Below, in pieces: positions 55,486-64,000 of a stretch of 64,000 nt of DNA. The translations under genes and the position numbers were made by a program. The DNA lies in IMG/VR virus record IMGVR_UViG_3300044695_003767, one strand, 5' to 3'. The notes under the pieces were generated by a model. That model was not told the origin of the DNA and ran no database searches. It saw only the letters and a list, made by a program, of their open reading frames with translations. This DNA is from a virus. Each line of letters starts with the position of its first letter. Position 1 is the first letter of the stretch.

Positions 55486-56903
55486 GTATTATAAGAAACG
55501 GAATATTAAGTGCTGATTTAGACGCACCTATAACAGCACCGACACTTAATTTAGACTTTGCAAACTCACAAAGTTTAGACCCACGTATTACATTCACTCG
55601 GGGTTCGATTGGAACTCGTGTGAATAAGAATGGATTGATTGAGATAGTACCAGCAAATCAACCAAGATTTGATTATGACCCTATCAGTGGTGAGTGTAAG
55701 GGTTTATTGATTGAGGAACAGAGAACTAATTTAGTTACGAACAGTACAAGTGCAACCTTTACTGGTCTTACTGGACTTTCAACCACAACTGATGGTTCAT
55801 TAGCACCAGATGGAAATCCTGCAATTGTTTATATTCCAACAACATCTGCAACTTATCACGCGAGTAATAGTGACTTTTGTACTCTCAATTTAGATACTGT
55901 TGGAATTGCAACAGGTTCTAGTTTGGATGTAACTTACTCTATGTGGATTAAAGATTATAATAGTAGTGATTTGGGAGTTTATTTTGTAACACAGGCAGAT
56001 ATTTCTGGAACATCTCCTTCTTATGCACTAAGAATTGCAAAACCAAAAGCACCAACTTGGATTGGTGGTACTTTAAATACTGGTTGGACAAGAAATTATG
56101 AAAAAATAGTACCATATCAAAATGGTTGGTATAGATTTATTCAGTCATACAGATATACAAGGCAGACAAGTTATAACAGATTGGCATTTTATATACAGAT
56201 TTATAATAATCGTAACGTACAAACTTATCGTGGTGATGGGACTTCTGGAATTTATATCTGGGGACCACAAGTAGAAACAGCAGTCTCACCATCACAAGCA
56301 CCCTTTGAGACTTCTTATATTCCAACATCAGGTTCTCAAGTTACAAGAAGTCCAGATTTGGCACGACTTCAAGAACCTTATTTTTCTCCAATCTTTAATA
56401 AGTATGAGGGAAGTGTATCAGTTAATTACAATATTGATAATCCTGTGGATACTGGAACTGTCTATGGATTGCAAAGGACCCAAACTTTATTTTACATTGG
56501 AGATAAAAATGATGTCACATATCAAGGATATGGAGTGAATATTAGTAGGTCAACTGCATTTGTGCATAGATTATCTGGTCAGGCATTTACTCAAACTGCT
56601 AATGCTTCAACTGGAAGTGTTTATGCATTAAATTCTCCAATCAATAATGGAAAATTTTGTTTTACATACGACCAAAATAAACTTAAAGTTTCTTGCGATG
56701 CTCTTAGTAATATAACTTCTTTAAATCGTTTAGGAACTTATAATCAACAACAATCTATTACTACACAAGTTTTCAATGAACTTACAATTGGGTGGGGAAA
56801 TAATTCTGGTTTTGGTAATAGATATATTACTGGAACCATCAAATCTCTTCAATATTATCCAAAAGCATTAAATGATGCTGAGATGTTATATCTAACGAGG
56901 TAA
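55482..56903 (+). CDS. Fibre/spike protein, paralog 1 (CBM-like + lectin-like domains)
   Basis: LNLDFA...DPRITFTRGS...PRFDYDP...GLLIEE; NGWYR; WGPQVE...TSYIPT; YYPKAL. Confidence 0.75.
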   Translation: MSIIRNGILSADLDAPITAPTLNLDFANSQSLDPRITFTRGSIGTRVNKNGLIEIVPANQPRFDYDPISGECKGLLIEEQRTNLVTNSTSATFTGLTGLSTTTDGSLAPDGNPAIVYIPTTSATYHASNSDFCTLNLDTVGIATGSSLDVTYSMWIKDYNSSDLGVYFVTQADISGTSPSYALRIAKPKAPTWIGGTLNTGWTRNYEKIVPYQNGWYRFIQSYRYTRQTSYNRLAFYIQIYNNRNVQTYRGDGTSGIYIWGPQVETAVSPSQAPFETSYIPTSGSQVTRSPDLARLQEPYFSPIFNKYEGSVSVNYNIDNPVDTGTVYGLQRTQTLFYIGDKNDVTYQGYGVNISRSTAFVHRLSGQAFTQTANASTGSVYALNSPINNGKFCFTYDQNKLKVSCDALSNITSLNRLGTYNQQQSITTQVFNELTIGWGNNSGFGNRYITGTIKSLQYYPKALNDAEMLYLTR

Positions 56904-56904
56904 T

Positions 56905-58206
56905 ATGTCTAAAATACTCATAGGTCGTGGTGATACTGATTTAAATTATCCAATCTGTCGTCCAAGTTTAGACTTGGATTTCACACAAGAAGAGTTAGAT
57001 CCTCGCATTACATTCACCAGAGGAAGTATTGGAACTCGTGTCAATCGTAATCGTTTGATTGAAACTGTTGATGCAAATCAACCAAGATTTGATTATGACC
57101 CTGTGACTGGTGAGTGTAAGGGTTTATTGATTGAGGAGAGTAGGCAGAACTTATTTACAAATAGTAACGACTTTACAGTTTGGACTAAACAAACAACAGG
57201 AACTGGTGTAGTTGGCATTACAACAAATTATACTACTTCTCCTGATGGAACAACAAATGCAACCAGATATTTTATTCAAAATGGTGGAGGAACATTTTAT
57301 TCCATTTTTAGAGGAGTATCTCCAATATCTGCAAATACTTCATATTCATATTCAATTTTTGTAAAAGCAAGCACAACTGTTCCAGTTCCAGCATCTTCAT
57401 TTACTTTGGTTGTCTTTGATGGATCTATTGCAAGTTTTGTTACTTATAATTTAAATACGGGAACTATTCAATCAACATTTGCGAATACCAATCTAACAAT
57501 CGGTTCTGGTTCCACCATTACAAATTATGGAAATGGTTGGTACAGATGTGTATTTGTGTTTTCGCATTCTGTTGGTGGAAGTGGATTTCAATTTAAAGCA
57601 GATATAGGTTCAACAAGACACAATCAAGAATTGTTTATTTACGGAGCACAATTAGAAGCAGGAGCATTTCCAACATCTTATATACCCACAACAGCATCCA
57701 CAGTCACTCGTTCTGCTGATACTGCTTCTATGACTGGAACTAACTTCTCAAGTTGGTATAATCAAAATGAAGGAACGATATATGTTAATAATAAGATACC
57801 TTATACACCATCATCAGTTTCTTTATATTTTTTAATTTTTGGAATTAATGCTGGAAATAGACATAGTATTGAACAAACAACAGCAAATGGATTGACTTAT
57901 ATTACTCAAAATAGTGGTGGAATACAATACTGGAGCACTTCTGGTTCTGGAGTATTACCCGCAAATACAAACAGAAAAACCACATATGCATATAGTTCTT
58001 CTAATATTAAAACTTTATTATCGGGAACTTCCAATCAAACTTATACATTTAGTGTGAAATCAACTACCGATGTTTATAAATCTATGACGACTATGTATAT
58101 TGGAAGATTTAGTGATAGTTTATATTTTTTAAACGGAACCATAAGTCGTCTCACTTATTACCCAAGAGCACTCAAACCAAATCAACTTCAACTCTTAACA
58201 CAGTAA
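56905..58206 (+). CDS. Fibre/spike protein, paralog 2
   Basis: Same conserved blocks; NGWYR; GAQLEAGAFPTSYIPT. Confidence 0.75.
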   Translation: MSKILIGRGDTDLNYPICRPSLDLDFTQEELDPRITFTRGSIGTRVNRNRLIETVDANQPRFDYDPVTGECKGLLIEESRQNLFTNSNDFTVWTKQTTGTGVVGITTNYTTSPDGTTNATRYFIQNGGGTFYSIFRGVSPISANTSYSYSIFVKASTTVPVPASSFTLVVFDGSIASFVTYNLNTGTIQSTFANTNLTIGSGSTITNYGNGWYRCVFVFSHSVGGSGFQFKADIGSTRHNQELFIYGAQLEAGAFPTSYIPTTASTVTRSADTASMTGTNFSSWYNQNEGTIYVNNKIPYTPSSVSLYFLIFGINAGNRHSIEQTTANGLTYITQNSGGIQYWSTSGSGVLPANTNRKTTYAYSSSNIKTLLSGTSNQTYTFSVKSTTDVYKSMTTMYIGRFSDSLYFLNGTISRLTYYPRALKPNQLQLLTQ

Positions 58207-58207
58207 G

Positions 58208-59419
58208 ATGTCTATACTTTCTCTTCAAAAACAATCACAAAACACAGACTTTCCAAATGTTCGCCCATCTTTGGATTTGAGATTTGCTCTTGCGAAAAAG
58301 TTAGACCCACGCATTACATTCACTCGTGGAAGCACTGGAACTTATTTTGGTCCTGATGGTCTTATGAGAACTGCTGATGTGAATGAACCAAGATTCGACC
58401 ACGATCCAATTTCAGGGCAAAGTTTGGGATTGTTGATTGAGGAGAGTAGAATTAATCAATTAGTAAGAGGTGATATTGAAGGAACTGTTGGAGCACAACC
58501 AACTGGGATGCAACTTTTTGGTCCAAGTAATGGGCAAACTGCTGTTGTATCAACTGATGTATTTTTAGGACCAAACGGACAATCTTGTAAACATACAAGA
58601 GGTACTTGGTCAGATAGTAATATTGGATACTTTGGTAGTGGAACAGTGACTGCTGGTTCCACTTATGTTTTTTCTGCTTATGTTTATATTCCTTCTTCGC
58701 AAGCAAAAAACTTTGAAGGGAAAACTGTAAGATTTTCTATGGAAAGTCCAAATACAGGTTCAACTCTTGCTTCTGCTGATGTAACAATTGTAGACAGATG
58801 GCAGAGAGTATGGGGAACTTGTGTTCCTTCTACGACTTCTGCTACTTGGGTTTTAAGAACAACTGCAAATACTGGTAGTTTCTTTTATACTGATTGCTGG
58901 CAATTAGAACTTGGTAGTCTTCCAACATCCTATATGCCTGCTTCTGGAGGTTCTCAATTCACAAGAAGTGCTGATACTGCTTCTATGACTGGAACTAATT
59001 TCTCAAGTTGGTATAATCAAAGTGAAGGAACTATTTCTGTAGATTGTGCAAGTCCTACACTATCTATTATTCCTGTTGCAATTTCTGATGGAACTGTAAG
59101 TAACAGATTTCAATTAGAGGTAGGTACAAATGCAAGAGGTGTTCGTGTTGTATTTAATGGAATACTTCAAACATCATATATTTCTTATACTTATAACACA
59201 AAACAAAAAATGATAATGAGTTATAGTTCAAGTTCTGTTAATTTTGTAAATGCTGGTGTTGTAGCAACTCTTATTAGACCACAAGGAATACCTAATGTAA
59301 ATATTTTGAGAATAGGAGCAAATGTTGCTAATGCTGGTCAAAATAATTTACCAATAAGTCGTCTCACATACTATCCAATCCAACTCACCAATCAACAACT
59401 TATAAATTTAACCAACTAA
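58208..59419 (+). CDS. Fibre/spike protein, paralog 3
   Basis: Same conserved blocks; WQRV; QLELGSLPTSYMP. Confidence 0.75.
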   Translation: MSILSLQKQSQNTDFPNVRPSLDLRFALAKKLDPRITFTRGSTGTYFGPDGLMRTADVNEPRFDHDPISGQSLGLLIEESRINQLVRGDIEGTVGAQPTGMQLFGPSNGQTAVVSTDVFLGPNGQSCKHTRGTWSDSNIGYFGSGTVTAGSTYVFSAYVYIPSSQAKNFEGKTVRFSMESPNTGSTLASADVTIVDRWQRVWGTCVPSTTSATWVLRTTANTGSFFYTDCWQLELGSLPTSYMPASGGSQFTRSADTASMTGTNFSSWYNQSEGTISVDCASPTLSIIPVAISDGTVSNRFQLEVGTNARGVRVVFNGILQTSYISYTYNTKQKMIMSYSSSSVNFVNAGVVATLIRPQGIPNVNILRIGANVANAGQNNLPISRLTYYPIQLTNQQLINLTN

Positions 59420-59437
59420 ATACTAATAAAACTCATT

Positions 59438-59758
59438 ATGATAGATTACTACCTAAAATTTACCACAGAAGAAGAAGCATTCCAAGCATTCAAGGAAGCA
59501 GGTTATACTTCACAAGATGAAGAAGGAAAAGAGTTTATCATTTCAGCAACTCACCAGTATTGTGTCGATGAGGTTGGAACCATTTACAAAGGTGGTAAGT
59601 GGGAACCAAATGAATCTGGTGAGATTGTACTGATTGAAGAACCTGTGAGACTTGATGGTTGGCATATTAATGTAAGAATATTAAGTGGTGATATTGCTGA
59701 AAACTTGAAGGACTTTGTGATTGATAATCCCAAGACACCTTATCGCATTTTCGGATAA
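59438..59758 (+). CDS. Small tail-fibre-associated protein
   Basis: DYYLKF...DEVGTIY...GWHINVR...PKTPYRIFG; late promoter CTAAATA 59416. Confidence 0.65.
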   Translation: MIDYYLKFTTEEEAFQAFKEAGYTSQDEEGKEFIISATHQYCVDEVGTIYKGGKWEPNESGEIVLIEEPVRLDGWHINVRILSGDIAENLKDFVIDNPKTPYRIFG

Positions 59759-59765
59759 TAAGTAG

Positions 59766-61280
59766 ATGGCAAACCTATTTGGCACAGGCATAAACCAAAT
59801 TCCAACAAATGGAATGTTGGGGAACCTTGCGTTCCAGGATAAGGCATATGTAAGTGTTGATAAGGTTGGTATAGGTTCTACATTTGTTGATAGTGGAACA
59901 GTAGGGCAGATATTACAGGTTTATGGTGGTGGTGCTTATATTGATGGTAGTGTTGGAGTAGGAACCACAAATCCAACAGTAAAATTGGATGTAGTTGGTG
60001 GTGCTAAGTTTACTGGTGTTGTAACAGCATCAAGTTTTATCGGTAATGCTTCAAGTGCATCATATGCTACAACCGCTGGTATAGCAACTTACTCCACTAC
60101 AGCAGGGATATCTACTTATGCAACCACTGCTGGTATTGCAACTTATGCAACCTCAAGTGGAATAGCAACTTATGCTACAACAGCAGGAGTATCCACAAGT
60201 GTCATAGGTGGTATAGGTTCAATTACACAACTTCAAGTAACTGGAATCTCAACCTTTACTAACGGACCAGTATTAATTGGAACGGCAACCTCAACAGGAA
60301 CAGCATCACAAAGACTTCAAGTTACTGGTGGTGCTTATGTTTCTGATAATGTTGGTATAGGAACCACAAATCCACAAACAAAACTTGAAGTTAATGGTAT
60401 TATTGGATTTACTGGAATTACTGATCCATTTTCTGAATTTAGAAATAATATAAGAATAGGTGATAGTAGTACAGGTTCTAATTTAACTCCAGGATCTCCA
60501 TCGAATTTCAGTGGTCTTGATAATATCCTTATTGGTCGTTCTGCTGGTACTGCTACTACTTCTGGATCTAAAAATATTTTTATAGGTCGTCTTGCTGGTC
60601 TTAGTAATACTAATGGGGACGTAAATATTTTTATTGGAGACGGTGCTGGACAATACAATACATCTGGAGTTGGTAATATTTTCCTAGGACAAACATCTGG
60701 TTCTAGTAATACTTCTGGAGGTATAAATAATTTTATTGGATATGATGCAGGTCTAGGAAATATAAGTGGAAGTGAAAATAACTTCTTTGGTAGAGGTGCT
60801 GGATATTATAATACCACAGGAGATTATAATAATTTTATTGGTCAATATTCTGCAGAAAATAATACTACTGGTTCTCAAAATAATTTCTTTGGAAGGTTTT
60901 CCGGATTTAATAATATTAGTGGATCCAAAAATACCTTTATAGGAAATTATACTGGCATATCAACAGCAGCGTCCAACAAAGTTATTATTGGTTTAGGTTT
61001 TAATTATTCATATCCTTTTGATTCCCCAAGTACCACTAAAGATACTCAATTTGCTGTAGGTGTAAGAACAGATTCTAATGCATCTAGATACTGGTTAGTT
61101 GGTGATGAGAACTTTAATGTTGGTATAGGAACTATATCACCATCATTCAAGGCAGACATTGCAGGTGACGCAAGAGTAACTTCCACAAACAAAATGAGAT
61201 TCGGTGGAACCGCAGGAACCACAAACTTCTATATACAGTACAACTCAACTACAAATAGTTTGGATTTTGTAGCAGGATAA
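59766..61280 (+). CDS. Tail-fibre protein with Asn/Gly-rich beta-helix repeats
   Basis: YATTAGIAT repeats; ~14-aa NxFIGxxAGxxNTxG repeats. Confidence 0.8.
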   Translation: MANLFGTGINQIPTNGMLGNLAFQDKAYVSVDKVGIGSTFVDSGTVGQILQVYGGGAYIDGSVGVGTTNPTVKLDVVGGAKFTGVVTASSFIGNASSASYATTAGIATYSTTAGISTYATTAGIATYATSSGIATYATTAGVSTSVIGGIGSITQLQVTGISTFTNGPVLIGTATSTGTASQRLQVTGGAYVSDNVGIGTTNPQTKLEVNGIIGFTGITDPFSEFRNNIRIGDSSTGSNLTPGSPSNFSGLDNILIGRSAGTATTSGSKNIFIGRLAGLSNTNGDVNIFIGDGAGQYNTSGVGNIFLGQTSGSSNTSGGINNFIGYDAGLGNISGSENNFFGRGAGYYNTTGDYNNFIGQYSAENNTTGSQNNFFGRFSGFNNISGSKNTFIGNYTGISTAASNKVIIGLGFNYSYPFDSPSTTKDTQFAVGVRTDSNASRYWLVGDENFNVGIGTISPSFKADIAGDARVTSTNKMRFGGTAGTTNFYIQYNSTTNSLDFVAG

Positions 61281-61284
61281 GATT

Positions 61285-61581
61285 ATGGGTGTTGTAGGAA
61301 GATTAGATCAATATGCATCGATGCTTGCTGGTGAGTTTGATGAGACCACAGCAAACAATCCAAGTATCACTGGACTTGGAACTTATTATGCTTCAGAGTT
61401 TTCTGAGAATGTTGGAATAACTACCACACTATCAGCAAATGTCTTTGCTCCTTATGACCCTGTATATGATGAGTTTGGTGGAACTCTATTTGGTGCAGGA
61501 CAAGGAAGGTATATGAGACATAATACTGATAAGACGGTGATTGTTTATAATGAAATTGATGAAGTCACAACTATTTACTAA
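61285..61581 (+). CDS. Small structural hypothetical protein
   Basis: GEFDE...NEIDEVT; within the late operon. Confidence 0.65.
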   Translation: MGVVGRLDQYASMLAGEFDETTANNPSITGLGTYYASEFSENVGITTTLSANVFAPYDPVYDEFGGTLFGAGQGRYMRHNTDKTVIVYNEIDEVTTIY

Positions 61582-61612
61582 CACATAAATATAACAAAGG
61601 TATTCATTAATT

Positions 61613-64000
61613 ATGGCAAGAAAGGCAATACTGGAAACTGGATATACATTCACTCCTTCCACAAATACTATCGTCATTCCTCGTGTCATACCGAGAGAAC
61701 GATTAATTCTGATTACCAATGTAACGACGAACACAGTAATTTATAATTTCTCTGACTCAAATCTAAAAGCAACTTCTTATACTGTTTCAACTTCTGGTGG
61801 TACGAATACAACCACAGTCGTATTGAATTATAGTACTGCTTCGATGAGTAGTACTGATAAACTTCAAATCATTGTAGATGAATATGATGAGAAGTTTACA
61901 CCTTCAGAAGCATATGTAGACCCTGTAAATAAATTTAGAGTTTCAACTCCACAAGCACTGATTGATACTGACTTTGAATATGGTAGTCAGATTACAAAGT
62001 GGGAAAATCTTGCGATGATTAATAATCGTCCTTTTGCTTATCCTTCTTCAGTTGGCATAACTGGAATCGGCACAATTACATTACCTACTAACTCAAGAAC
62101 AGTCACAGTTGTAGTTTCTGGTGGAGCTCCACCTGGAATTGGAACAGCAATTACGGTTCAAGATACTTATCTGAATATTGCGAATGGAAACTTTATTGTA
62201 GAATCTGTTGGTGCTGGTAATACAAACTTTACTTATACTGCAAGAGCAACAAATACAACAACAGTTACAAATATTTTTGACTCCAATAAGACTGGTATAT
62301 TTTCTGGAACCACATATACAAATGCTCAGATTGGTGGAACACCAACATTCTCTTGGACTTCTGGAACTGCAATTCCTGTAACAACTACAGTTCCTCATGG
62401 TCTTGCCATTGGTAATGAGGTTTCGGTTGTCGGAACATCGCAGGTAAATGCAAATGGTTCTTTTGTGGTTGCTACAATTACCAGTTCAACTGCATTTACT
62501 TATTATTCAACTACTGCACCAGCAGCAAACCCAACTGGTGGAAGAATCTTCGTAAGACCTCAAGGACAATTTTTGCACAGACCATTCGATGGTGGAATTA
62601 TTTTCACATCAAACTCAAATGGAAACTTTGAGCAAGCAATTCGCCAAACCAGAAGATATTTTCGTTATCAATCTGGTAAAGGTATTCAAGTCAGTTCTGG
62701 TACTATTTTAAAACCAAGTTTGCAGATTGATAGTTTAACTTCAACTGGATTGAGTATTGGAAGTACAATTAGAGTACAAACAAAAGAACAGCATAATATT
62801 CAGGCAGCAACACCAGGAACTCAAATTACACTTTCTGGTGTAAATGAATCTGGATATAATGGAACTTATACTGTAACTTCCGTAACTGGATATAATAGTT
62901 TTAATGTTACATCAACTTCTGGAATTGGTTCAACGGTTGCGTCTGGAACTTATAACTGTTCTGTTTCAAGTTGGTATGGATGTTCCAATCGTCTTGGAAG
63001 TTTTGATGCTCAAAATGGAATATTCTTTGAGTTTGATGGGCAAACACTTTCTGCGGTTCGTAGAAGTTCTACCTATCAACTTGCAGGAAAAGTTACTGCA
63101 ACAAATGGTTCAAATACTATTACTCAAACAAATGCAACATTCCCAACAGTATTTGCAAAACAACTAAACATTGGAGATTTTATTGTTCTTCGTGGTCAGT
63201 CATATCGTGTTGTTGATATTGCAAGTGATACTTCTATGACGATTTCTCCTTCGTATAGAGGAGCAACTGCCGATTATGTAATCATCTCAAAAACACAAGA
63301 TACAAAATATCCACAATCATCTTGGAACATTGACAAGTGTGATGGTACGGGTCCTTCTGGATATAATATTGATCTTACCAAGATGCAGATGTTCTATATG
63401 GACTACTCTTGGTATGGTGCTGGATTCATTCGTTGGGGATTCAGAGGTCCAGATGGCAATGTAATTTACTGCCATAAAATACCAAATAATAATGTCAATA
63501 CAGAAGCATATATGCGTTCTGGAAACTTACCAGCACGATATGAATCTGAAAGTCTTCCACCAACAACCAAAATTACTAGAAGTGTGGGAGCATCCGATAC
63601 ATTTGTTGGTATTGCAAGCACTGCAGGATTCCCAACTGCTGGTACAATCGTTGTTCGTAATGCAAATACTTATGAGTATATGAATTATGCTGGTATTGGA
63701 ACAACTGCATTTACTGGGGTCACAAGAGCAAGGTCTGGCAGTACTTCTCTTGCACTTACGGTTGCCTCTGGATCTAATGTGGCAACTGCAACCACCACAA
63801 ACCTACAAGTAGGTCAGAGAGTGATTGGTGGATTCCCAGAAGGAACCTACGTCAGTGCAATTGGTGTTGGAAATATTACATTAAGTCAGGCAGCAACCAC
63901 AGCAAACCCAACAGTAATTATTCCCCCAATGGGAGCATCATCGGGTCAATCATTTACTTTCTCTGCTACGGACCCAGTTGCTGTTGAACTTGCATTCCCA
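61613..64000 (+). CDS. Large virion structural protein, 3'-truncated (absent from ORF track)
   Basis: ATG 61613 after ATAAATA ~61586. MARKAILETGYTFTPSTNTIVIPRVIPRERLILITNVT...DPVNKFRVSTPQALIDTDFEYG...RQTRRYFRYQSGKG...MQMFYMDYSWYGAG; I saw no stop before the window end. Confidence 0.85.
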   Translation, partial: MARKAILETGYTFTPSTNTIVIPRVIPRERLILITNVTTNTVIYNFSDSNLKATSYTVSTSGGTNTTTVVLNYSTASMSSTDKLQIIVDEYDEKFTPSEAYVDPVNKFRVSTPQALIDTDFEYGSQITKWENLAMINNRPFAYPSSVGITGIGTITLPTNSRTVTVVVSGGAPPGIGTAITVQDTYLNIANGNFIVESVGAGNTNFTYTARATNTTTVTNIFDSNKTGIFSGTTYTNAQIGGTPTFSWTSGTAIPVTTTVPHGLAIGNEVSVVGTSQVNANGSFVVATITSSTAFTYYSTTAPAANPTGGRIFVRPQGQFLHRPFDGGIIFTSNSNGNFEQAIRQTRRYFRYQSGKGIQVSSGTILKPSLQIDSLTSTGLSIGSTIRVQTKEQHNIQAATPGTQITLSGVNESGYNGTYTVTSVTGYNSFNVTSTSGIGSTVASGTYNCSVSSWYGCSNRLGSFDAQNGIFFEFDGQTLSAVRRSSTYQLAGKVTATNGSNTITQTNATFPTVFAKQLNIGDFIVLRGQSYRVVDIASDTSMTISPSYRGATADYVIISKTQDTKYPQSSWNIDKCDGTGPSGYNIDLTKMQMFYMDYSWYGAGFIRWGFRGPDGNVIYCHKIPNNNVNTEAYMRSGNLPARYESESLPPTTKITRSVGASDTFVGIASTAGFPTAGTIVVRNANTYEYMNYAGIGTTAFTGVTRARSGSTSLALTVASGSNVATATTTNLQVGQRVIGGFPEGTYVSAIGVGNITLSQAATTANPTVIIPPMGASSGQSFTFSATDPVAVELAFP

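Noticed and set aside
41943-61280. CRISPR array, DGR or invertase shufflon explaining the repeats
   Set aside because: The repeats are in-frame coding modules in direct orientation with irregular spacing. There is no reverse transcriptase, recombinase or cas gene, and I saw no adenine-specific TR/VR pair.
1-64000. Alternative genetic code or suppressor tRNA
   Set aside because: Known proteins translate full-length with the standard code and all three stop codons terminate genes. The TGA-anticodon tRNA is Ser (reads UCA), not a suppressor.

Overview
This is a 64-kb segment of a large T4-like cyanomyovirus genome. A freshwater picocyanobacterial host is inferred, not shown. Almost all genes are on the + strand, driven by sigma70-type (TTGACA-N17-TATAAT) and T4-type late (A/C)TAAATA promoters. 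In order: (1) a head-associated protein, a GIY-YIG nuclease and a lysis region with two endolysins that share an N-terminal domain; (2) a minus-strand four-gene module of exported or membrane proteins that looks like a fibre-assembly system; (3) an exported lysozyme with a structured RNA leader; (4) seven tRNAs with unassigned structured RNAs, and an SLH porin behind Pho-box-like repeats; (5) gnd flanked by two unannotated micro-ORFs resembling the NDH-1L subunits NdhQ and NdhP; (6) a wcaG-type RNA and a ~17-kb glycosylation island (gmd, fcl, many glycosyltransferases) containing an unusual cassette of nucleotidyltransferase-RibB fusion, kinase, HAD phosphatase and divergent transaldolase-family enzyme, which I propose is an undescribed nucleotide-sugar pathway; (7) photosynthesis genes (two hli, petF, peroxiredoxin, psbA with its PhotoRC-type leader, an EndoVII-type homing endonuclease, psbD); (8) ~24 kb of modular tail/fibre genes running off the right end. 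All calls come from reading motifs by eye. No database search was run.
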